64,000 bases of DNA from Patescibacteria group bacterium. Its GTDB lineage: Bacteria > Patescibacteriota > Patescibacteriia > UBA9570. The stretch lies in NCBI GenBank assembly GCA_041660305.1, contig JBAZWO010000001.1:43969-107968 (forward strand). Reading direction: 5' to 3'. Position numbers and translations under genes: made by a program. Of this stretch, positions 54,101-61,077 are shown in pieces. The notes under the pieces are model-generated. The model did not search any database, was not told where the DNA came from, and saw only the letters and a list, made by a program, of their open reading frames with translations. Position 1 is the stretch's first letter. Every line of letters starts with the position of its first letter.

Positions 54101-55711
54101 ATGGGCATCATTAAAACAATTTATGCCACTACCAGCTAACACATTTCTATAAAACACTACGTCTACAAACGGATATAAATATTCACCGGTAATAGTAACT
54201 ACATCACTACTGATATTTTCACTATAATAGTTTTTTTCTGCCGGAGAAATACCGGTTATTTTCGGCATACAATACGGCTCAGTACCTGTTGTCCACGTCC
54301 AGGGATAATTATACGCCACGTAATCTGGGCTAGCGGCCGAACAACTAGCATTACATGGATTGCCTGCTTTAGTAGTACAACTATTTTCACCGTCTTTTAC
54401 ATGGCAAGATTCCCCACTAGGTAAATTGCAATAACAAAACGCTTGCTTATTGGCCGCGCTAGTTGGAGAATCTACGAAATCATCAGCAACCGATCCCTGC
54501 GCTGTGCCATTATAATTTCCATCTAACGGATTACCACACATATCCGTAATAGCGTCGTTATTTTTATTACCATCTTTACCACCATACAAACTAATCCCAT
54601 AAGTTGTTTTTGGCTCTAATTGATTTTGTACGCCAGTAACTACAGTATCGTCGGCAAATCCACCGATACTAGATGATTTAATATTACTAATATCCAACTG
54701 ATCAGTTGGTGTAACGCCTTCAGCGGCTTGATACAACCAAATATTAGCATCGCTAGGTGTAGTGGGATCTAAACTTTCTGAAAACGATACTTGGATAGTA
54801 GGATTTAAACAAATTTCTACCGCATCATCTTCTGGATAAGGATTCACATCTACCACATCTACCACGGGCGGTATTTTATCGGTCTCTGTACCAGTATGAA
54901 ACGTAAAGTTAGTATGATTAGAACTATTAGCTAAGTAAATCTGTAATTGCTGATCATTCACACCGGCTACGCCAGTAGTGCCGGTTTTTATTTCCACATG
55001 ATAATCCGTATTTGGTAAATAATCCTCATTTGGCCGGAACACTACAACAGCTGGATTATCTACAGAAAAACTAAACTTACCTGGTAGCGGATCACCCGAT
55101 CCACCTACTACCGTTACTTTTATATTATCGTCACTCACAACATCTGGCGTATCGTTATTAATAGTTTTAGTAATAACTTGATCGCTAAATGTAATAGCTA
55201 CACCATAACATAACGGCACGTTTTGATTAGCTGGATCATTAATATTTCCTGATGGATTAGTGTGATCAATTTTTAATTGTGCACCAGCTCCGGTACTAGT
55301 ACCTGGCCCTGTACCACTAGTATCTTGTGTAGAAGTGGCATCGGTAACATCTAGTAATTTATTAATAATATATGTAACAATACCCCAAGAAGCTAATATT
55401 ATTACTAAGCCAATTACCCCATTTTTAATAATGGCTTTGGCTTTTTCAACTTTTTCTTCTGCACCATTAGACAATAACCAAGTAAACCCGCCCCACAAAA
55501 TAATCAATACAGCAATTAAAGCTAATATGCCTAATGCCCAGTTAATAACACTAATAACAATATCAATTGGCGAACTGTTACCTAATATTATTTGATCGCC
55601 ATAAGCCATGTTAACCGTACTGGCTGTATCAGCTGCGATGACAAACCATGGTGCTATAAACGCACTACTACTGACAAATAAAAATTGTAGCAGTTGTTTT
55701 GGTTTAATCAC
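48173..55711 (-). CDS. giant (2512 aa) Cys-rich surface protein: T4SS-pilin-like N-terminal anchor, Ig-like (SbsA/Big_5-type) and IPT/TIG-like modules, CxC cysteine modules
   Basis: One uninterrupted ORF. The N-terminus is a signal peptide plus INWALGILALIAVLIILWGGFTWLLSNGAEEKVEKAKAIIKNGVIGLVIILASWGIV. IPT-like units include PKITGISP..., YTSPSEGPVGQYVTIKGKQFG, PDITGFSPDTAG and PVVTKLSPTQGAIGQPVTVQGCYFG. Confidence 0.85.
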   Translation of the reverse strand: MIKPKQLLQFLFVSSSAFIAPWFVIAADTASTVNMAYGDQIILGNSSPIDIVISVINWALGILALIAVLIILWGGFTWLLSNGAEEKVEKAKAIIKNGVIGLVIILASWGIVTYIINKLLDVTDATSTQDTSGTGPGTSTGAGAQLKIDHTNPSGNINDPANQNVPLCYGVAITFSDQVITKTINNDTPDVVSDDNIKVTVVGGSGDPLPGKFSFSVDNPAVVVFRPNEDYLPNTDYHVEIKTGTTGVAGVNDQQLQIYLANSSNHTNFTFHTGTETDKIPPVVDVVDVNPYPEDDAVEICLNPTIQVSFSESLDPTTPSDANIWLYQAAEGVTPTDQLDISNIKSSSIGGFADDTVVTGVQNQLEPKTTYGISLYGGKDGNKNNDAITDMCGNPLDGNYNGTAQGSVADDFVDSPTSAANKQAFCYCNLPSGESCHVKDGENSCTTKAGNPCNASCSAASPDYVAYNYPWTWTTGTEPYCMPKITGISPAEKNYYSENISSDVVTITGEYLYPFVDVVFYRNVLAGSGINCFNDAHDVEEKCYVDHQGSEQIFIRTAVASQTEGVTVQNANGEDTSTPIEILSPYIRYTSPSEGPVGQYVTIKGKQFGDEVGKVYFDDVEAAVVCDNSWTDRQIIVQVPEGLAITTPNIQVVTKATKYSNPQMFTVNTKKPGPGLCKLEPACSDTGKDDVVGTGENFGSSKGSVWFQGINTMDNYVSALVQQWANTQFKTTGTPVVNPDTYDVVAMDANKISSNGLDFKISCNPPPEVYEYYACNDSTVYLPNPRSNQTSVCVNAVVYFAFNARMNDNLVTSNTKIYKCNNAGANSEKSFDDDSCKDVVGGNYSIGTLSTTYPNYHETTNTGTSYSAYKFKPASNLAANTYYKVVIPATVTNLAGQPMAADYSWKFQVKDNAEACEASDLLLEPDYEKVTKYDPLHTCLLNYSVDSSQYTFEASPLTSDCSLLNNTSSNSSWKYNWNIANSDGVADTNVIAFSANQTSSSTTDIGYNTVCLQGQNSSNMGMRTVTTDLVQKNSTVTDTAVVDVDYGYCTNDTDCYTQSCQQTTCDPASHHCTPDITGFSPDTAGKGGCLTVNGCYFGPDRSAEPYCSCASQSKPDKTCSVSVGGTKCLLNDHSTYCSLDEQLCVLPNKETCSSNSATVQYSDSEQYSGVITGCTCTLANQTCSVSAGETSCIIPGQQKCDDKNTNYVAPAVGSVTFNSNSVTTEAEYPNPDSCQDVWDNNQIVVKVPESNDFSAGSYGITVNSYYQDMNGNNLTGSSDTNCEIGNEKTACLCSAKPSTTQEGSTTDLAGENFNLLKNNEQEAVTFAVKDASGKVTSRNSSVNDGKQIFKWTDTLIQAVKIPAYSTGDSSFGVRVENNQSGQSTATSNALAFAVSCGYKNDCASKCCLGGQCVPTEQCNICASDADCNNGACKSTCNNGFCKPVVTKLSPTQGAIGQPVTVQGCYFGSYYDSASQVTVYSEVEGVDDIIADLACAEQAWNNERIIINIPDKTFTDDNDTKADLLVTQASTNSSGQVVTQVSDIVEAAVFTKDNSCSEVSMPILCDINPEYGAYTSNNTASNTTLTGYYFYGEKGGYCPCTTSDKKSCNIAEGQTNCAVTPDTYTIPEPCSPQTVDSNDSNAVYNASTGVCDYYAGDGSGTVLCSIPEGASACMPADAITSCTIDPACQATTPNYVKLSGSVVFNNNIQAVINDYIPGVMPAYNTNIPSSAESGNVVAVSTTTANQQCTSNGLDFAVACNTCADCGENTSMNCNFTYHPGNASDPNNPTFGACTTTTTGFCRETLTAGYNSCCNHTSCVYDDATTKELNNYDVGTCALQPQILSSASMPVPQTTNVCSNANISIKFNLPVTTSAAFGTEAANTPDLKNYVTLTKVATGEDFTNAVTLSEDGTSITVLQKSLLEFNTQYQLTLLASGKVEPGTNHQGGVVSLADGVAIGCGAEGVTCTGDKLTYTFTTVPDQTAFTNNCAPSRVTLEAKNSKFIDAGYTFTKAGQKEAMKAVVYSAGADKASTTDDQLVTPITGVYNWTYSWKEKYATLENLDENECPALGIIEGGNFNENQAQQTVTAGKKDGGSDTVSVTINADAANDDGWTGSLTATSPMLWVKFCSSTDQLTIYENNDYNFRWSYCRDGDLPDFIEVFSRATQDQAATQYQETVPFLYEAAFKDATALKSDNDPNANNNIIALRVYPNSLTNASNYKDSVNPDLWYSLFANTTETPRSINPIDGYRAVQVNNTYYIAATNLVENGTAGVITPYIYVLSYSSNANNATTAAVQAILDGLDFNTNTSLSLECQVEKQKLIRDTARINDFGSMAYLLHQYYETNNDYPQLESGSYITNLTTSVWPSWAANLGNALGQTLPVDSVNTFNNAAKECLYKPPDLSDSTVNPNATDPTTGDYIYSYYDESGTCWDPVFKDYKGPAESHVYQYIYDTTQRNFNLYANLEYTNIGSWKEELNDPCAPWAQSYSKSGCKTFNYHVDKSLTTSADYGTVGQ

Positions 55712-56151
55712 ATGGGCTGAGCTAATATTTGTTTTAGTATTGTTTGTACTTGTTTACCATCGGCCTGACCATGCACTGCTGCCATACTTTGTTTCATCAG
55801 CGAACCAAAACCAGCCTGTGGTTGTTGAGCTACTAGTTTTTTAATCAGTGCCGTTAATTCTGCTGTGGATAATTGAGCTGGTTGATAATGTTGTAAAATT
55901 TTCAACTCGTTTTGTTCTTGACTAGCCAAATCAGCTCGGCCACCAGCATTATAAGCCGTGCTAGAATCTTGTCGTTGTTTTATTTCAGTACGTAACACCG
56001 CTAACTCTTTTTCAGCTGTTAAATTACCCAGCGCGGCAATACTAGCTTTTTGCAAAGCGGCTTTTAAACCACGTAAAGCTAAAACTGCGTCAACATCTTT
56101 TTGTTTTAGCGCCTGTATTAAATCTTGTTGTACCTGACTGGTTAACGACAT
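55708..56151 (-). CDS. yqeY: GatB/YqeY domain protein
   Basis: Reads L...I..DL..A.K.KD......LR.LK.A.......(L)T...E..VL..E.KQR.DS...Y..GGR.DLA..E..E...L..Y.P.QLS..EL. Confidence 0.85.
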   Translation of the reverse strand: MSLTSQVQQDLIQALKQKDVDAVLALRGLKAALQKASIAALGNLTAEKELAVLRTEIKQRQDSSTAYNAGGRADLASQEQNELKILQHYQPAQLSTAELTALIKKLVAQQPQAGFGSLMKQSMAAVHGQADGKQVQTILKQILAQPM

Positions 56152-56163
56152 GATTTTTATTTT

Positions 56164-56415
56164 TTAGTGTTTTGTTTTATGATCTTTTGGTTCGTCTACT
56201 TTTTTTCCTAATTTTCGCAATAATTCATTAGTCTGCTTAACCTTGGCTCGTAAAATAGCGCTGCGCCGACGCAAACGTCTGCTTTTAATTGGTTGGCGAT
56301 ATTGTTTTTGCTTAACAGCAATCAGTTTGCGACTAGATTGCACTTTACGCGTAAAACGACGAATTAAACTTTCGTTTGATTCGCTATCATTTTTCTGAAC
56401 ATTAATAGTACTCAT
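56164..56415 (-). CDS. rpsU: 30S ribosomal protein S21
   Basis: Reads V.V.KNDS...SLIRRFTRKVQ.S..L...K...Y..P.K.RR, a basic 83-aa protein. A strong AAGGAGGTGA lies upstream. Confidence 0.8.
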   Translation of the reverse strand: MSTINVQKNDSESNESLIRRFTRKVQSSRKLIAVKQKQYRQPIKSRRLRRRSAILRAKVKQTNELLRKLGKKVDEPKDHKTKH

Positions 56416-56459
56416 AGTTTCGCTGTCACCTCCTTAAAAAGATTACAATTCATAAAAAA

Positions 56460-56488
56460 AATATACCATTTCACTTATAACTTGTCAA
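56460..56488 (-). promoter_or_regulatory. sigma70-type promoter candidate for the rpsU...dgkA transcription unit
   Basis: On the minus strand: TTGACA (56488-56483), 17-nt spacer, TATATT (56465-56460). Confidence 0.4.
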
Positions 56489-56500
56489 ATTTTTACACAA

Positions 56501-56562
56501 CCCCTTCTTCTACTCCTAACAACCTACCTCATCCCCAGCCCTTCTCCTCTCAGGAGAAGGGA
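56501..56562. repeat. GC-rich hairpin element (locus 7)
   Basis: ...CCTACCTCATCCCCAGCCCTTCTCC-tctc-AGGAGAAGGG. It is the inverted partner of locus 8. Confidence 0.85.
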
Positions 56563-56579
56563 GTTATACTACTATTATA

Positions 56580-56614
56580 TTGAGCGCTCACGTTTTTTTT
56601 AATTGAGCGTTTTT
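56580..56614 (+). promoter_or_regulatory. shared ~35-nt upstream motif containing the palindrome TGAGCGCTCA (copy 2)
   Basis: ttgagcgctcacgttttttttaattgagcgttttt ends 13 nt before the DUF559 ATG. Confidence 0.6.
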
Positions 56615-56627
56615 ATATTTATTTTTT

Positions 56628-57005
56628 ATGTTTATTCGTCCGCAACAATCTAACACTATTGAATTACAACGCCATTTACAATATATCGCTAAACAATTTC
56701 GTAAAAAACCAACCGTAGCTGAACAAAAATTATGGCAATATTTACGAAATCGTAAACTAAATGGTTTAAAATTTAATCGACAATATCCTATTTATCAATA
56801 CATTGCTGATTTTTATTGCCATGAATACAAACTAATCATTGAGGTTGATGGAGATATTCATAAATTACAACAACAACGTGATGAGAGTCGAGATTTAATG
56901 TTAAAAAAATACGGCTATACCGTATTACGTTTTAATAATGAACAAGTGATAAATAATATTGATTATGTGTTAAAACAAATTAAATCTACTCCCCCTTCTC
57001 CTTAG
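56628..57005 (+). CDS. DUF559 (Vsr-like) endonuclease-domain protein
   Basis: Reads T.AE..LW..LRNRKL.G.KF.RQ.PI..YI.DFYC.E.KLIIEVDG..H........D..R...L...GY.VLRF.N..V. The last codons read into repeat locus 8. Confidence 0.8.
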   Translation: MFIRPQQSNTIELQRHLQYIAKQFRKKPTVAEQKLWQYLRNRKLNGLKFNRQYPIYQYIADFYCHEYKLIIEVDGDIHKLQQQRDESRDLMLKKYGYTVLRFNNEQVINNIDYVLKQIKSTPPSP

Positions 57006-57073
57006 AGGAGAAGGGGGTTGGGGGGATGAGGTAGGATGTTTAGATGGGAAAAGTGGGCTAGGGGGAGAGGTAG
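56991..57073. repeat. GC-rich hairpin element (locus 8)
   Basis: CCCCCTTCTCC-ttaga-GGAGAAGGGGG-ttggggggatgaggtagg, followed by a second half-element gggctagggggagaggtag. Confidence 0.85.
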
Positions 57074-57075
57074 TT

Positions 57076-57414
57076 TTATGTCACGCCCCTAATTGCTTCC
57101 CCGCCTAACACATGAAAGTGTAAATGCGGAATCACTTGGCCACCATCTTGGCCATTATTACAAATTACTTTGTAGCCGGTTTTGGCAATATTTAATTGGG
57201 CAGTAACAGCTTTAATAGCTAAACCAATATCTTGCATGATACTGACATTAGCTTCAGTTAATTCATTTAAGTTAGCGATATGCCGTTTGGGAATCACTAA
57301 CACATGCACTTTTGCTTTGGGATACAAATCATTAACTACAAACACACTAGCGGTTTCGTATAAAAAATTAGCTGGAATAGTTTTATTGACAATATTGCAA
57401 AAAACGCAATCCAT
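57076..57414 (-). CDS. HIT-family (histidine triad) nucleotide hydrolase
   Basis: Reads MDCVFCNI........Y.......ND..P.A..H.L.IPK.H, and has the triad HLHFHVLGG. Confidence 0.85.
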   Translation of the reverse strand: MDCVFCNIVNKTIPANFLYETASVFVVNDLYPKAKVHVLVIPKRHIANLNELTEANVSIMQDIGLAIKAVTAQLNIAKTGYKVICNNGQDGGQVIPHLHFHVLGGEAIRGVT

Positions 57415-57433
57415 ATGGCTGTGGCTTAATTTT

Positions 57434-58915
57434 TTATTCTAAGCCTTCTTCGGTAACCGGATTAGGATCTGGTTTTATTTTATCAGCTGGCGCCACGCCG
57501 GTAGATTGCTCGGATTCCAAACCTTCTAGTTCAATTGGCCTGATATATTTTGGAGCATTATTTAATAACGATTGTGGTAAGCGTTTGCTTAATTCTTTTT
57601 CTAATTTTTTAATATTAACAATTTCTTGAGAACCACTTTCCATGTCTCGAATAATAATAGTGCCATCAATGACTTCTTTTTGACCTAAAATAAGAGTAAA
57701 TTTGGCTCCAATTTTATTAGCTAATTTTAACTGACTAGATAAGCTATTTTTTACTAAGTTGCCCCAAATACGAAAACCGGCTTGCCGTAAACGTTCCATT
57801 AAGGCAATGGATCGTTTTTGTGCGCTTTCGCCTAACTGTGCTAAATACACGTCTGTGGTATATAAACCAGGCAATAAAATATTATTATTGCGCATAGTTA
57901 AAATAATACGTTCAATACCAATAGCAAAACCAGAAGCTGGTGTAGGCTGATTAGCTCCTAATTGTTGGGCCAAGCCATCATAGCGCCCACCACCAGCTAA
58001 AGCTGATTGACTAAGTTGTTGCTCTTCGCCAGCTATCACTGGGAAAATTTCCCAGGCGGTTCTAGTGTAATAATCCAAGCCACGTACTATTTTTGGATTT
58101 AAGGTATAAGGAATTTCCGTTTCATCTAAAAATTCTAGCACTTTTACAAAATGATCACGACACGGCACACATAAATAATCCACCATTTGTGGAGCATCAG
58201 CACTAATTTCTTGACAAGCCGGTTCTTTACAATCTAATAAGCGCAGGGTATTTTTGGCAAACCGATTTTTACAGTTTTCACATAAATTCTTCCGCTTGGC
58301 TTTATAGTAATCTTGCAATACTTGAATATATTGTGGCCGACATTGCTCATCACCCACACTATTAATATGCACGTACGAATTTAAACCTAAATCACGTAAT
58401 AAAAAATATCCTATAGCAATCAATTCCGCATCAATTACTGGCTGTCCTTCACCAATAATTTCTAAATCTAACTGATGAAATTGTCGATATCTACCAGCTT
58501 GTGGCCGATCGTGCCGAAATAACCCTCCGGCTGTGTATAATTTAACCGGTTGTGGACGATTCATCATACCGTGTTCAATATAAGCTCGTACAATAGAAGC
58601 CGTAAATTCTGGACGGAGCGCTACTAAATCATCAGACTTATCACGAAATACGTACATTTCTTTACCAACTACATCCGTGCCTTCACCAATAGAACGAATA
58701 AATAAATTGGCTTGCTCCAAAATTGGAGTATCAATCCGTTGGTAACCATAGGATACCGCAATTTCCTCTAATTTTTTCAGCACTGCCAAACGATATTGCT
58801 GCTCTTCCGGTAAAATATCTTTCATGCCTTTTAATAATTGTGGTGGTTCTTTATATCGACTAGTTTTTTTTATAACCACTGGATTAGCTTTAACCACGGT
58901 TTTCTTTTTTAACAT
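57434..58915 (-). CDS. hisS: histidine--tRNA ligase
   Basis: Has GMKD.LP, LRPE.T....R, the motif 2-like block FRHDRPQAGRYRQFHQ, GGGRYD.L and GFAIGIER. Confidence 0.9.
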   Translation of the reverse strand: MLKKKTVVKANPVVIKKTSRYKEPPQLLKGMKDILPEEQQYRLAVLKKLEEIAVSYGYQRIDTPILEQANLFIRSIGEGTDVVGKEMYVFRDKSDDLVALRPEFTASIVRAYIEHGMMNRPQPVKLYTAGGLFRHDRPQAGRYRQFHQLDLEIIGEGQPVIDAELIAIGYFLLRDLGLNSYVHINSVGDEQCRPQYIQVLQDYYKAKRKNLCENCKNRFAKNTLRLLDCKEPACQEISADAPQMVDYLCVPCRDHFVKVLEFLDETEIPYTLNPKIVRGLDYYTRTAWEIFPVIAGEEQQLSQSALAGGGRYDGLAQQLGANQPTPASGFAIGIERIILTMRNNNILLPGLYTTDVYLAQLGESAQKRSIALMERLRQAGFRIWGNLVKNSLSSQLKLANKIGAKFTLILGQKEVIDGTIIIRDMESGSQEIVNIKKLEKELSKRLPQSLLNNAPKYIRPIELEGLESEQSTGVAPADKIKPDPNPVTEEGLE

Positions 58916-58924
58916 AATGAATAA

Positions 58925-59464
58925 TTATTTTTTATAAATAGTAAATTGCGTAAAAGGCCAAACTCGAATCCAAACTCGGCCAATAATACTAGCTTGTTTA
59001 ATTGGACCAAATCGTCTGGAATCCTGGCTATGTTCACGATTATCCCCTACTACAAAATATTCATCACTGCCTAATTTTATATTCCGATAACCAACAAAAC
59101 TAGTGGTAACCACTTGGGCTGATAAATAAACTGTTTCATCTAATAATTGATCATTAATGTATATTTTACCATCATTAATTTTTACTGTTTCCCCTGGTAA
59201 ACCTATTAACCGTTTAATAAAAAACTCACTCGGTTTTTGTGGATTACGCAACACAATTACTTCACCTCGTTGCGGTGGATTAAACCGATAACTCAACTCA
59301 TCAATAATCAAATAATTATAATCAGCAAAATTTGGCTCCATGGAAGCACCAATTACATAAAACGGCTGAATTAAAAAATAGCGTACCGGAATGATAATCG
59401 CCAGAGAGATAACTACGATTTTCACTACCTCTAAAATAAAGCTGGTGGTTTGTTTAGAAAACAT
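58925..59464 (-). CDS. lepB: signal peptidase I
   Basis: Has GASMEPNF (catalytic Ser box), IKR.IGLPGE.V and GDNREHSQDSR. The start is moved to MFSKQ... (59464); the ORF track begins at 59530. Confidence 0.85.
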   Translation of the reverse strand: MFSKQTTSFILEVVKIVVISLAIIIPVRYFLIQPFYVIGASMEPNFADYNYLIIDELSYRFNPPQRGEVIVLRNPQKPSEFFIKRLIGLPGETVKINDGKIYINDQLLDETVYLSAQVVTTSFVGYRNIKLGSDEYFVVGDNREHSQDSRRFGPIKQASIIGRVWIRVWPFTQFTIYKK

Positions 59465-59524
59465 AACTAGTTCAGCATACAATACGCGGTTGAAAAAATC
59501 AACTATTACCGCTATACTGGCCAT

Positions 59525-61072
59525 ATGCAAAAAACTGATCCGCCAGAACAGTCCATTTCAACGCCATCTCTTACCTCACTCACCCGCTGGCAGCTAATTC
59601 GCCAGTTCTTTACCTGGAAAAAAATAGCCTTATTGTTAACCCTATTATTAATATGCGGCGTAACGGGTATATATGTTTTATTAAACCATACGGCCAAACA
59701 AATTATTCAAACTAACCAACCAGTATCGCTTTGGCAACAAATTGGGCAGCTGTTTGGCAATAACAATACTCCATTACAAGGTGAAGCTGAAGATAGGATT
59801 AATGTATTATTATTAGGTATTGCCGGTAGCGGCCATGATGGCAGTCAGTTAACCGATACTATTATTGTTGCTAGCATTAAACCATCTACCAAACAAATCG
59901 CGCTATTATCACTCCCGCGTGATTTACAAGTTAAATACTACAACGACAAAAACCCAAAATGGTACGAATACCACAAAATAAATAGCGCCTATGCTTTTGG
60001 TGGAATCGATTTAACTGAAGAAAAAATCACTGATGTAACTGGTTTACCAATACATTATTATATAGTGCTAGATTTTTCTGGCTTTAAAAAAATTATCGAT
60101 GACATTGGCGGTTTAGATGTTACTATTGAACGAACATTCACTGGGATGTATGGCACAAAAGATTTAGCCACCCCCTGCCCCACAGCCCAGTTACGCCACC
60201 TAAACGATGGTGAATACTGTGCTATTACGTTTCAAGCCGGCCAACAACATTTAGCTGGAGAAGCCGCTTTGATGTTCGCTCGCATTCGTAAATCCGATCC
60301 ACGAGCTAATAATAACCCTTTAGACATGGATGATTTCGGTCGTTCCCAACGTCAACAACAAGTACTGGAAAGTTTTCGAGCGCACGTGCTATCAGCCAAT
60401 ACATTACTACGTCCTGATCGTGTTGCCGCTATATTAAATGATTTAGGTGATAATTTAAAAACTAATTTACAAATTTGGGAAATGGGCAGATTAGCGCAAT
60501 GGACATTAAGTGTTCCTAAAGAACAAATTACATCTAAGGTGATTGATGACAAAACTACTAATTTAGTAGAAACGGTTAATGAACACAGCGCTTCTTATGT
60601 GGTGCCCCGAGCTGGTAATGGTGATTTTTCCGAAATTCAAAAATTAGCAGCTAACATTTTTATTACTCCTGTAGAAACTACTAATACCAACTCAATAGCT
60701 GCTACTAACACTAATGTTATTACTGAATCTACCGAACCAGCTAAAGTGCAAATATTAAATGGCACTAATAAAACTGGTTTAGCGGCTAAAACAGCTGAAA
60801 CGTTACGACCATTGGATATTGTGATAATTAATGTAAATAACGCACCAGAACCGCGGCCTGTTAGTACTACTTTAATTTATGATTTAACCACTGGTCAACG
60901 ACCAGCTGCTCTAACCGCTTTAACCACAGCCACTCAACTTACCGTAGCCACCACGACACAACTGGCTGATTTTAAAGCCTTAAATGATCCGGATCAACTT
61001 ATTAATAATACCGTTGATTTTATTATCGTCTTAGGTAGTGACGTCATTAACCAACCAGTAACTATTCAATAA
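59525..61072 (+). CDS. LytR-CpsA-Psr (LCP) family cell-envelope phosphotransferase
   Basis: TM anchor, then RINVLLLG.......G.QLTDTIIVASI.P......LLS.PRDL, then a C-terminal LytR_C-like region (VQILNGTNKTGLA). Confidence 0.8.
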   Translation: MQKTDPPEQSISTPSLTSLTRWQLIRQFFTWKKIALLLTLLLICGVTGIYVLLNHTAKQIIQTNQPVSLWQQIGQLFGNNNTPLQGEAEDRINVLLLGIAGSGHDGSQLTDTIIVASIKPSTKQIALLSLPRDLQVKYYNDKNPKWYEYHKINSAYAFGGIDLTEEKITDVTGLPIHYYIVLDFSGFKKIIDDIGGLDVTIERTFTGMYGTKDLATPCPTAQLRHLNDGEYCAITFQAGQQHLAGEAALMFARIRKSDPRANNNPLDMDDFGRSQRQQQVLESFRAHVLSANTLLRPDRVAAILNDLGDNLKTNLQIWEMGRLAQWTLSVPKEQITSKVIDDKTTNLVETVNEHSASYVVPRAGNGDFSEIQKLAANIFITPVETTNTNSIAATNTNVITESTEPAKVQILNGTNKTGLAAKTAETLRPLDIVIINVNNAPEPRPVSTTLIYDLTTGQRPAALTALTTATQLTVATTTQLADFKALNDPDQLINNTVDFIIVLGSDVINQPVTIQ

Positions 61073-61077
61073 AATAT

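Noticed and set aside
48173-55711. Diversity-generating retroelement (template/variable repeat pair plus reverse transcriptase) targeting the giant protein
   Set aside because: No reverse-transcriptase motif (YxDD) appears in any ORF in the window. I saw no near-identical ~100-150 nt repeat pair with adenine-specific mismatches. This cannot be excluded for sequence outside the window.
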